Assembly (NCBI GenBank): GCA_024409095.1
Contig: JAKSUK010000001.1
Location: 1-52,191, forward strand
Origin: Clostridium sp.
GTDB taxonomy: Bacteria; Bacillota; Clostridia; Clostridiales; Clostridiaceae
Reading direction: 5' to 3'
Length of the DNA stretch: 52,191 bases
Positions 8,496-18,700 of this stretch are shown in pieces. Position numbers and translations under genes: made by a program. The notes beneath the pieces are model-generated. The model was not told where the DNA came from. It saw only the letters and a list, made by a program, of their open reading frames with translations, and made no database searches. The stretch's first letter is position 1. Each line of letters starts with the position of its first letter.

Positions 8496-11276
8496 ATGAG
8501 TTTTTTATCAAACTATTTTAAACTTGTGGAATTTACGGGAGAGAATCCAGTTCTCTGCCCATTTCCACACATAACTCCTGATGGAGCAGAATATTTCGAA
8601 AACAGAGCTTCAGCACATGTAAACACCAGTAATAACACTTTTAATTGTAAAGCTTGTGGTAGAGGCTATGGAGAAAGACAATTCATACAAGCAATTACAG
8701 GCTGCTCAGAAATAGACGCAGCCAAACTACAAGGAGTTTTTCAAAAACTTCAAAGTAGATATGAGTGGGAGATGTCAACGAAGTTGACAGAGGACTCCCA
8801 CAATAAAGCCTTATCTTTAGGTATTTCTGAAGAAGTCATAAAAGAATTAGAAATTAAAACACCAACAAAAGAAGAGGATACCCTAGCATTTCCAGTATTT
8901 GTAAATGATGAAATAGCAGATATAAGAATATATAACCCTGGTGGTAATCCAAAAATAAGATCAATGTCAGGTGCAACAAACGGTATGATAATACCCTATG
9001 ATATATGGCGTAAAACAGATATAAAAAGAACAACACTAATATGTGCAGGAGAAAAAGATATGGCAATAGCAAGAAGCTATGGCTTCAATGCTATAACATT
9101 AACAGGTGGTGAGAAATCAACACCAAAATTCCTAAATGACTTTAAAGGTAGAAACGTAGCAATAGTATACGATAACGACCAAGCAGGTCTTGAAGGAGCA
9201 AAGAAAGTAGCAGATAGCATATATGATTATGCAAAATCTGTAAAAATAGTAACAGGATTTCATGAAATCTGTGCTGAAAAAGGAGAAGATATAACAGACT
9301 TCTTCATAAAATATAACAAAACTAAAGAAGATCTGATAAATTATATAAAAACAACAGATACTTACATCCCAGCAATTGAAGAAGTAATTGTCAAAGATTA
9401 CCCTGTAGTTGACTTGTATACAGCATCACAACAATATGTAGGTCAAATCATCCAAAGTAATATACAAGTAGTCGCAGTCGCTGAGACTGCATATAGATCA
9501 CCATCAGCAATAATAGGACGTAAAACAAGATTAGCAGATGGAACAGTTAATAACATGGCTGAAGGAGCAATCCTAACATGGGAACTAGAAAACACCAACT
9601 GCGAAAAAATATTACATCTTATAGATGGAAGTCTAAAAGAATCTCAAATTATAGATAATATCAGAAAACACATATTAAAGAAACCTAATGAGAAAAATTT
9701 AAGTATAACAGTATCACAAGAAAAAACAGTATATAAAATGACTGTAACAGACTTATATGAAACATCAGCAAAAGATGTGCAACCTATGGAGTATACAGCA
9801 TACAGTATAGATTGTAAACTAGAAAGTGGTAAAAAATATTTAATAACTTATAAGTTATGTCCTCATCCTAGCAAAGGTGGGCAATTAGTAATGATTATCG
9901 TGGACGCTCACCAAGCTAACGATAGTGTAAACAATTTTCAATTAAATGAAAAAACTATCCAAAATTTGAAACTTTTCCAAAGTATTGGAAAAAATATTCC
10001 AGAACGTATAGATACATTAGTGGAAATGAATAAAGAGTTCATAGGATATAACGGTATAAATCAATTAATAAAAACAATAGACTTAAGTTTTCATACACCT
10101 CTTCGTTTTAATTTCGGAAGAATAAAAGACATTAGAGGATATTTAGATACTTTAATAGTAGGAGAATCTAGAACAGGTAAATCAAGTACTGCAGATGCAT
10201 TAAGAAAACTATATGGTTTAGGAACATTTACATCATTAGCTGGTAACTCAGCAACAATAGCAGGTCTAGTTGGTGGTTCATCAAAAGGACCAACAGGAAC
10301 AATGCAAACTAGAGCTGGAGTAATACCACAAAACCATATGGGCTTAATAATATTTGAAGAATTTGGTAAATCAAATAAAGATGTCCTAAAAGAATTAACT
10401 GATATTAGAAGTAGTAATGAAGTAAGAATCGCCAGAGTAACTGGAACTACAACATTACCAGCATTAGTTAGAATGATAGCATTAACTAATGTAAAAACTA
10501 AAGGAGAGATTAAATCAATAGCAAGCTATCCTAACGGAGTAGCAATAGTCACTGAGCTTGTAAACACTGCTGAAGATATAGCAAGATATGACAATATCTT
10601 AATATTATCTGAGACAGGTCAACAAGATATAGATCCCTTATGGGAACCTATGAAAGCATTACCAGTCGACGCTTATAAGGATAAAATAAGATGGATATGG
10701 ACAAGAAAATCTGAGAATATAATAATTAGTAAAGAACTAGAACATTATATTATAGATTTATCAAACCATTTAAATCAAGAGTATCCTAGTCACATTAAAT
10801 TATTTGGAACAGAAACATGGAAAAAGTTAACTAGAATTGCAATAGCAGTTGCAGGTTATACTGTATCAGCTTCAGAAGATTTCAAAAATATAATAGTGAC
10901 AAAAGAATGTATAGATTATGCTGCAAATTATATGATAAGTCTATATGATAATAGTACATTTAAATTTAGAGAATATGTTGAAATGGAACAAAGATATAGA
11001 ATGACAGATGATGAAGCAGTAGACGCTTTACAAACAATTTATAATAAATTCCCAAGTTTAGTATTACAATTAGAACAACAAAATGAAATAACAAAATCAA
11101 TGTTGGAATCAACAACTGGCTTAGAATCCCTTGAAATCCGTAAAGGTTTACAATTATTAACAAGAAGTTATTTCATAAAAGTAGATAGTACGTCTATAAA
11201 TCCAACAGAAAGATTCAGACTTACTATGAACAAAATCAATAAAGGTAGTTATATAGGAAAGGTTGGTGAACTATAA
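8496..11276 (+). CDS. Primase-helicase: Zn finger, TOPRIM and MCM-like AAA+ helicase
   Basis: CPFPH...CKAC Zn finger; AGEKD and YDND TOPRIM motifs; GESRTGKS, AGVIPQNHMGLIIFEEFGK and IARYD resemble MCM Walker A, Walker B and Arg finger. Confidence 0.85.
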   Translation: MSFLSNYFKLVEFTGENPVLCPFPHITPDGAEYFENRASAHVNTSNNTFNCKACGRGYGERQFIQAITGCSEIDAAKLQGVFQKLQSRYEWEMSTKLTEDSHNKALSLGISEEVIKELEIKTPTKEEDTLAFPVFVNDEIADIRIYNPGGNPKIRSMSGATNGMIIPYDIWRKTDIKRTTLICAGEKDMAIARSYGFNAITLTGGEKSTPKFLNDFKGRNVAIVYDNDQAGLEGAKKVADSIYDYAKSVKIVTGFHEICAEKGEDITDFFIKYNKTKEDLINYIKTTDTYIPAIEEVIVKDYPVVDLYTASQQYVGQIIQSNIQVVAVAETAYRSPSAIIGRKTRLADGTVNNMAEGAILTWELENTNCEKILHLIDGSLKESQIIDNIRKHILKKPNEKNLSITVSQEKTVYKMTVTDLYETSAKDVQPMEYTAYSIDCKLESGKKYLITYKLCPHPSKGGQLVMIIVDAHQANDSVNNFQLNEKTIQNLKLFQSIGKNIPERIDTLVEMNKEFIGYNGINQLIKTIDLSFHTPLRFNFGRIKDIRGYLDTLIVGESRTGKSSTADALRKLYGLGTFTSLAGNSATIAGLVGGSSKGPTGTMQTRAGVIPQNHMGLIIFEEFGKSNKDVLKELTDIRSSNEVRIARVTGTTTLPALVRMIALTNVKTKGEIKSIASYPNGVAIVTELVNTAEDIARYDNILILSETGQQDIDPLWEPMKALPVDAYKDKIRWIWTRKSENIIISKELEHYIIDLSNHLNQEYPSHIKLFGTETWKKLTRIAIAVAGYTVSASEDFKNIIVTKECIDYAANYMISLYDNSTFKFREYVEMEQRYRMTDDEAVDALQTIYNKFPSLVLQLEQQNEITKSMLESTTGLESLEIRKGLQLLTRSYFIKVDSTSINPTERFRLTMNKINKGSYIGKVGEL

Positions 11277-13516
11277 TGTTACAATATAAATGGATTTCAA
11301 AAGATTTAAACACAATCGAAGATGTTAGATTGATGGTTAATACTTTTAAGAAAATAAATCCTACTGTAGGTGCGTTTGATACTGAAACTACAGGATTACA
11401 CATTATAAAAGACTTACCTTTCCTATTACAATTTGGTTTTTTAGATGATGAAAATAAAATAGGATACACATATGCTGTTGATATTGAGAAGCAACCTGAC
11501 TTTGCAAAAGCTGTAATTAAAAAGTGGCACAAGTTAGCTGCTTCTCTTAAATTATATCTAGGGCATAATGTTGGATTCGATTTAAACATGTTAGAAAATC
11601 TAGGAATACCTTATACAGAACCTAATATATCAGATACTATGGCTTGGATAAGACATGCACACGATGCATTGACTGAAGTAAATGGTGGACCCCCACTATC
11701 ACTGAAGAATTATGCAGCTAAATATATAACTCCAAGTGCGAAAAGTCATGAACAAACATTAGCAAGAGAGCGTACTGATATAGCAAAAATGTATAATAAT
11801 ATGCTTAAAACAAGACTTAAAGTATTAGGAGAACCAGATCCTAAATATAAAGCAAAAAGTTATACAATATCAGTAATACAAGAAATATTTAAAGATCCAA
11901 TTATGGAAGCTTCAGACTTACCTGAAGATATTAAAAAGATTTATTTAGAATGGTTACAAGAAGATATACCAATATATCTTCAGTCTAAAATAACAGCTTT
12001 AGTAGAGTCTGATATGATACCTTATAATAAACTTAATAGAGAAAGACTTACAGAATACGCACATATGGATATAGTATTAACATTAGAAGTTTATTTAAAA
12101 ACAAAACCAGCAGCAGAAGCAAGAGGAACTTATGCAGGTATAGATGTAGAAAATAGACTTATATATCCATTAGTTCGTATGGAACGTATAGGATTCCCTA
12201 TTGATAAAGAATATCTAGAAGCATCTAGAGTAAGGCTGAAAGAGTATATTAAAGTAGTTAGAAAAAAATTATATGAAGCAGCAGGTACAGAATTCCAAAT
12301 AGGACAGCATGCCTTTGTTAAAGATTTATTATTAAATAAATTTAAGCTAGAAGTAGAATCAACAGGTCATGACGCTTTAGGTGACTTTGTAGCTAATATG
12401 CAAGTAAATAATCCTGAACATCCTTCGTTGCCGTTTATTCGTTTGTTACAAGAGCTAAGAACACTTGAAAAGTGGTACTCAGCTTATATCTTGAGATTTC
12501 AGCAATCTCTATTAAAATCTGATAGAATTTATCCTACGATAAATTCTGTTGGGACAGTATCAGGAAGATGTACTTCAGATTGGCAACAAATGCCTAAAGA
12601 CGCAATAAAAGATTCAGATGGAAATGAATTATTTTCACCTAGAAGAATTGTAAAATGTAAATTAGTTTCTATAGATTTCTCTCAAGTAGAACTTAGAGTA
12701 CAAGCATTTTATACAATTCTAGTAAATGATCCAGATCTGAATATGTTAAGAGCTTATAGCCCTTATAAATGTTATCGTAAAGATAACGGTCATAAATATG
12801 ATTTTAAAAACCCAGATGATGTCAATCATTGGGATGATATAGATGAAGAAGGTCATTCAATTTGGTTACATGAAGAAGACGGAACCTCTTGGGAACCAGT
12901 AGACTTACATGGTAAAACAACTGAAATGGCTACAGGATTAACTAAAGATGATCCTAAATTTAAATCACTTAGAAGTAAAATAGGTAAGAGAGTAAATTTC
13001 GCTAAAAACTATGGAGCTCAAAGAGGAAAAATAAGAACTATGTTCCCAGACAAAACTGAAGAGGAAATAGACAAAATCAACGGTGCGTATTATGCAGCTT
13101 TTCCTGGTGTTAAAACATATCATAATTATTGTTACAGCAGAGCTTTAGAGTATGACTATACTTCAAATTTATATGGTATTAAATATTATGGACTTAATGG
13201 ACATAAATTAATTAATACATTAGTACAAGGTTCAGCTGCTTATTATCTAAAAGAAAAGATAATTAAAGTAGATGAATATATTAGAAAAAATAATCTTAAA
13301 TTACAATTAATGTTTCAGATACATGATGAATTATTATTTATAGTACCTCCAGAAGAAGCTGAAGAAGTATACAATATAAAGCATATAATGGAAGATACAG
13401 ATGGTTGGTATATACCTATCGTAGCTGAAGTAGACGCTAGTAATACAACATGGGCTGATAAGCATGGTATGAATAGCGTTGAAGAAGTTAGGGAGGTTTT
13501 AAACAGTGAAGTATAA
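11276..13516 (+). CDS. polA: DNA polymerase family A with 3'-5' exonuclease
   Basis: FDTET exo I, HNVGFD exo II, DFSQVELR motif A, KRVNFAKNYG motif B, QIHDEL motif C. Confidence 0.95.
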   Translation: MLQYKWISKDLNTIEDVRLMVNTFKKINPTVGAFDTETTGLHIIKDLPFLLQFGFLDDENKIGYTYAVDIEKQPDFAKAVIKKWHKLAASLKLYLGHNVGFDLNMLENLGIPYTEPNISDTMAWIRHAHDALTEVNGGPPLSLKNYAAKYITPSAKSHEQTLARERTDIAKMYNNMLKTRLKVLGEPDPKYKAKSYTISVIQEIFKDPIMEASDLPEDIKKIYLEWLQEDIPIYLQSKITALVESDMIPYNKLNRERLTEYAHMDIVLTLEVYLKTKPAAEARGTYAGIDVENRLIYPLVRMERIGFPIDKEYLEASRVRLKEYIKVVRKKLYEAAGTEFQIGQHAFVKDLLLNKFKLEVESTGHDALGDFVANMQVNNPEHPSLPFIRLLQELRTLEKWYSAYILRFQQSLLKSDRIYPTINSVGTVSGRCTSDWQQMPKDAIKDSDGNELFSPRRIVKCKLVSIDFSQVELRVQAFYTILVNDPDLNMLRAYSPYKCYRKDNGHKYDFKNPDDVNHWDDIDEEGHSIWLHEEDGTSWEPVDLHGKTTEMATGLTKDDPKFKSLRSKIGKRVNFAKNYGAQRGKIRTMFPDKTEEEIDKINGAYYAAFPGVKTYHNYCYSRALEYDYTSNLYGIKYYGLNGHKLINTLVQGSAAYYLKEKIIKVDEYIRKNNLKLQLMFQIHDELLFIVPPEEAEEVYNIKHIMEDTDGWYIPIVAEVDASNTTWADKHGMNSVEEVREVLNSEV

Positions 13517-13991
13517 ATACATTATAGCTTTAGATCCTTCAGGTTCATTCTGGGAAGGTAAAGGTACAACAGGCATCTCAATATTCTCAACCATTGAAAA
13601 AAAGTTTCTAAACCGTACTTTTATTTCAGCAAAAGATTTTAATACAGCTGAAGAATATTGGGAAGCTCATATTAAATTTTTAGAAGAAAATATTAATAAA
13701 GATACATGTATAGTAATAGAAGATTATTTATTATATGCTGATAAAGCTACACAACAAATAAACAGTAGAATGGAAACACCAAAACTTATAGGTATACTAC
13801 AACATTGGTGTCACATGAATAACGTTCCTTACTATATGCAAACAGCAAGTTTAGTTAAAAAACGTTGGACTGATGAAATATTATACCATAAAGGTTATCT
13901 TGAAAAGAAAGGAAAGCGTTACACAGTGTGTGAACATACTAGAGATAGTATGCGTCATGCTGTTCATTTCGCAACATTTAAAAATGAGTAG
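13506..13991 (+). CDS. RuvC-like Holliday junction resolvase
   Basis: IIALDP..GTTG, VIEDY and C-terminal HTRDSMRH RNase H-fold acidic residues. Confidence 0.7.
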   Translation: MKYKYIIALDPSGSFWEGKGTTGISIFSTIEKKFLNRTFISAKDFNTAEEYWEAHIKFLEENINKDTCIVIEDYLLYADKATQQINSRMETPKLIGILQHWCHMNNVPYYMQTASLVKKRWTDEILYHKGYLEKKGKRYTVCEHTRDSMRHAVHFATFKNE

Positions 13992-14433
13992 ATTAGGTAA
14001 ATTACAAAAAAATGCACAAAAATTTAAAGTATTAGATATGTATAAAGATATGACCCCTGAGAAGTATGTAGCATTAATTGATAGTACTAAGAAAAGAATT
14101 GAACAGGAAGTAGCTCAGAACTTTATAAAAGAATATGATAGACTCGTTAAAGAATATAATGAGAAATTAAGAATCAATAAAATAGAAGTTATGAATCATA
14201 TAACTGTAGAGTTACTATATGTACTTGCTGATAAAATGTATGTGTGGGAAAAAGATGTTGATCCAGATTATAAACAACAAGCAGTTGATACAGTTCAAAA
14301 TATTCTAGAGGAAACTTTCAAAGCAATAGAATCATATGTAAATATGAAGAGCCCTAATAAAGCTTATGAAAGTTTTAAAAGAAAAAAGAAAAAGTTAGAA
14401 AATACTTTTAAAATAAAATTTTTTAAGGAGTAG
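13984..14433 (+). CDS. Hypothetical protein (MSRLGKLQK...)
   Basis: ATG 13984 overlaps the end of the upstream gene and is more plausible than the 13873 start. Confidence 0.65.
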   Translation: MSRLGKLQKNAQKFKVLDMYKDMTPEKYVALIDSTKKRIEQEVAQNFIKEYDRLVKEYNEKLRINKIEVMNHITVELLYVLADKMYVWEKDVDPDYKQQAVDTVQNILEETFKAIESYVNMKSPNKAYESFKRKKKKLENTFKIKFFKE

Positions 14434-14436
14434 ATT

Positions 14437-14742
14437 ATGAACGAAATTGTAGAATACGCAAAATGTAATGTAAGTAATTCAGCACATAATATGTATGATA
14501 AATTTAAAAATACAGGAGACTTTGAAAAAGGTGTAATAAGAATGCAATTATTACAAACATTAAAAGCTGACTGTAGTTTGTTAGATAGAGAAAATATAGA
14601 TAGAGCTGCAACAGCAGACTTTGTTATTAATCTAGCAAAAGTAATTGAAAATTGGGATGAGTTACAACCAACATTACGAAAATATTTTAGTGAACAAGCT
14701 AGAGAGAAAAAGTTTAAAGAAATAGAATTAATAGAGGAGTAA
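14437..14742 (+). CDS. Hypothetical protein
   Basis: RBS AAGGAG; operon packing. Confidence 0.7.
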   Translation: MNEIVEYAKCNVSNSAHNMYDKFKNTGDFEKGVIRMQLLQTLKADCSLLDRENIDRAATADFVINLAKVIENWDELQPTLRKYFSEQAREKKFKEIELIEE

Positions 14743-14746
14743 AGTA

Positions 14747-15604
14747 ATGGATGAATTAGATACAAGTGAAGACACAGCTTTAGCTTTAGATTATGGTAAT
14801 AATAATCATGAAGTTAGAGGAGCTATAGCTAATGAAGAAATAAAAGCATTAGATTTAAAAAAGTTACCAATAGAAGTATCTATTGAAAATATAGACTCAG
14901 TCTTAGCAAACGATAAATTAAAATTTACAATGCTTCGTAGAAATGGTTTAGGAGGTTCTGATAGTTCTGTAGTATTAGGTGTTAATCCCTACACTACTAG
15001 AGATGAACTTATAAAACAAAAAGCAAGTAACACTTTATCTGAAGAGGAAAAAGCTGTTGGAGAAAAAACAGCAGTTAGAAAAGGTAATGACCTAGAACCT
15101 TTGATAATTGAAAAAACTTCTAAAGCATTTAATATAGAAATATTTAAACCAAAAGATATGTATCGTTATAAAGACTTTCCATATTTAACAATGAACTTCG
15201 ATGGTGTTGCTGAAGAAAATCCTGGAGTATATTTTCCAGTAGAAATTAAAGTGGTAACAACTTATGGACAAAAACATTATGACTTTAATAAAGCATTCTA
15301 TAATGAAATTGAAGGTATGAGTATGACACCTCCAAATTATGCTGATTCAGAAATAAACACTATAGAGACTAAGGCTTTACAATATGGTATACCTCCATAT
15401 TATTATACTCAATTACAAGATGAAATGATGGCTCTTAATGCTGAGTATGGTTTTCTATCAGTTTTAAGAGACAGCGATTGGAGAATATTTACATTTTATG
15501 TTCATAGAGATCCTTATGTTCAATCAAGATTAATTACTGAAGGCTTTAAAGTTTGGCAAGAAGTTGTAAATTTAAATCCTGAAAGAGCAGTTGAAGGAAT
15601 GTAG
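14747..15604 (+). CDS. YqaJ/lambda-exonuclease family nuclease
   Basis: RRNGLGGSDSSVVLGVNPY, GNDLEP, NFDG, VEIK, YYTQLQ. Confidence 0.9.
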   Translation: MDELDTSEDTALALDYGNNNHEVRGAIANEEIKALDLKKLPIEVSIENIDSVLANDKLKFTMLRRNGLGGSDSSVVLGVNPYTTRDELIKQKASNTLSEEEKAVGEKTAVRKGNDLEPLIIEKTSKAFNIEIFKPKDMYRYKDFPYLTMNFDGVAEENPGVYFPVEIKVVTTYGQKHYDFNKAFYNEIEGMSMTPPNYADSEINTIETKALQYGIPPYYYTQLQDEMMALNAEYGFLSVLRDSDWRIFTFYVHRDPYVQSRLITEGFKVWQEVVNLNPERAVEGM

Positions 15605-15632
15605 ATGCAATTTAATAGAAGTTAACATAAAT

Positions 15633-15669
15633 AAACCCCTACAATCAATTTGTAGGGGCTTTTATTTTT
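15633..15669. terminator. Bidirectional intrinsic terminator between the convergent replication and structural arms
   Basis: CCCCTACAA/TTGTAGGGG stem flanked by A-rich and T-rich tracts. Confidence 0.8.
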
Positions 15670-15712
15670 AAGTAATATAATTACCTTCCTAGAGGGTAAA
15701 ACCTCTTAAATC

Positions 15713-18700
15713 TTAATATCGTTTCATTCTAGGTCTTGACCTTAAATACAACTGATATTTTACTCTCTGAGCAGCATTTTTTTGAATATAAGATGCAACT
15801 TTACTTCTTGCACTACGATTATATATGTTACCCAAAGTAGCATGTGTAGGTCTGTAAGGATCATAAGACCTTCTGTGGATTTGAGAAGTAACATGACCGT
15901 AGTTAGGATGCATTTTATTATAGATACCTAATCTATATTCAGCATTCATACGAGTTGTTGTTGGATAAATTCTAGGTGAGTATCCTGTATAGTATGCTCT
16001 CATCTTACCACGTCCTGCAGTTCTATAAGTAACACCTTGATTTACATTAGGAGTAGCTGCATAAAACTTAGTAGCATAAGTTTTTCTTGCATAAGATTTT
16101 TTAGGATAAACTTTTTTAGGATAAGTTTTTCTAACATAAGTTTTCTTAGGTCTTCTGATATAAGCTTTTTTAGGATAAGATTTATATGTTTTACTATAAC
16201 CTTTTCCTGAAGACTTCTTCTTTTTATAAGTCTTATTATCATAAGTTCTTTTATTATCAAATTCACCCCATCTAGATATTGCTCCAAACACACCTGGGAA
16301 AATTGCATTTAATATATTATCAGTCTTAGTATATGATTTAGAACCTAAGCGTTTTTCATAAGTATTCTTACCTACACGTTCATCGTGCATGAAACCAGTA
16401 AGTGTATTTACGAAAGGCACATAGTTTAAAACATCTGTAGATATATCACCATCTTTAACAGCATTAGAAGCATTTTGTAATGCATATAAATTATTTAATT
16501 TATATTCCAAACTAGAACGTTCATCATCTGTTAATTCAGAGTTTTCTAATATATTTTTATAACGTTGAGCTATAACTGTATTAACAGCAAGTTTTGGAAT
16601 AGGTCCTAATTTTTCTACAATGCTTTCTACAGGAGCTACAAAAGTAACTAAAGAATCAAATATAGATGAGTTAATTTTTAATGTCATATTGTTTCTTACA
16701 GTCATTTCTTGAGGACCGTATTTAGTATATGCTGTTTGTTTAACTTTTTTATCTTCATAACCAAAAACTCTTAAAGGTATATTACCACTAATAATATTAT
16801 AAATTATAGATGGATTTTTAACTAATTCTTCATAACTAAAATCTTCGTCAGCAAACATAGGATCCCATATAAGATTATTATATACTCTTAAATAATTCTT
16901 TAAGAATGTAGGGTTTTCAGATATTAAATGAATTCCATACATTGTGTTGTTTGAAAAGAATGTCCAGAAAGGTATTAGATTTGATAATACAAAGTCTGAG
17001 TAAGTACCTACACTATAATCAAAATGTGTACCAGCTATATGATTTATAATATCATCATATCCTAAACCTTTACCTTGAAGGTTAAAGAATTGTGTAAGTC
17101 TGGCTGTACGTTCTATATGTGTATTAGGTGATAAAGCCATACTAAATATATTCTTTTCAAATGATTTTGGATTTATACCTGAATCATTTAAGAACTGATA
17201 CAAGAAATCATAAGATGCTTTATCCATTTCACCTGTATAAGTCTTAAAGAACAATTCTGCAGCCTCTTCATTGTATCTACCGAAATCATCTAATTGTTTT
17301 ATACTCTTAGATATTTCATCGAACTCTCTAAGTTTTTTAACAGCTTGAATATAATTTTCAGTTGTCTTTGTGAAAGAATCTCCTTCACCATAATTTTTTA
17401 TTGTTGAATCGAATAGATTTCTAAGCATAGCACCTGGTCGCATTAACCAAGAGTTTTTAAGCATTCTAACATATTGACTATATACTGCTAGGGTTCTACC
17501 TAGAGGACCGTCACCATAATGGAAGTTATTAATTTCTTCAGCAGCTTTAGCATACATTGTATAAGGCATTATAGTCATATTTTTAGCTTTAGCTTTTTTT
17601 AATGTTCCAGCTGAAGGGTTGATTAATCTTTTTAGTTCATATCCTCCTCTAGCTTTTTCATTTGCAAATAAACCAACTACACAGTACTCAGGATGTACTT
17701 TTAACCAGTGTGATAAATCATCAAGAGGCACTTTACTAAGAACTTCATCTGTTAATTTTACACCACCATTAGCTATAAATTGTGCGTATTCTTTATAAGC
17801 ATAAACGTGATTACATAATTTACTTACAGTATTTTGAAGTACGTCTGAGTAGCTACTATTAATTCTTCCACCGAATTCAGAGATACCTTCAAAACTTCCT
17901 ACAACAGTTGTATCTAATAAAGGTCCATAAGATTCTTCTACTGAGAACCCTAAAGCTTTTTTAATTTTATCTAAAGCATTTGCATGCAGTTGTTGGTTAT
18001 CAGCTAAATCTGTAAAGTTAGTTATACCAGTTCTTCCAGACATTTCAGGGCACATTAATATTGCACTTTGTCGAGCATCATACAACATTCTAATATATTC
18101 ATCATCAACATTGGCTGAGATGGCTTTACGAAAATCCTCATATGATATTTCTTCAAATATAGGTATAGCAAGCTCAACACCATCTAAAACATATCTAGCT
18201 CCTGATTTATTTTTATTAAGTTTTAAACGTTTTACTAAATCTTCAGTAGCTTCTATCTTTATAACAGGATTATTACTTAAATCAAATTCTTCAGTAACTT
18301 TTAAACCTAAAGCTTCTAAACCTTTCTTTCTAGTTGTTATAAATGTTTCAAATAATTCAGCATTATTTGAGAACATCTCAACAGGTTTAACAATTCTTAA
18401 AGTATGATTTGATTGTATATTATTACAAACTATTGAAAGAATTTGATCATCAGTAGCTTTTAATACATTGTTAACTTCTTTGCTTATTATAGCTCTATTA
18501 GCTCTTCTATCTAATTCTGTTATATACTTAATTCTTGTTTTATTAGATGTTGCATTCAATTTGTAGTTTGCAATATTTTGTGCTTTAGCTGCAGTAGACA
18601 CATTTGGGTCAACTTTACCGTTAGGTAATTGAGGTCCTGAAGCATTAATAGAACTTAACATAGCACTAAGACTTTTAGCTTGATTATATTTAGCACGAGC

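Noticed and set aside
15604-15612. Additional single AATTGCATC copies (15604-15612, 45021-45029)
   Set aside because: Unpaired and not in a recognisable promoter; about one chance copy is expected in an AT-rich 52-kb genome.
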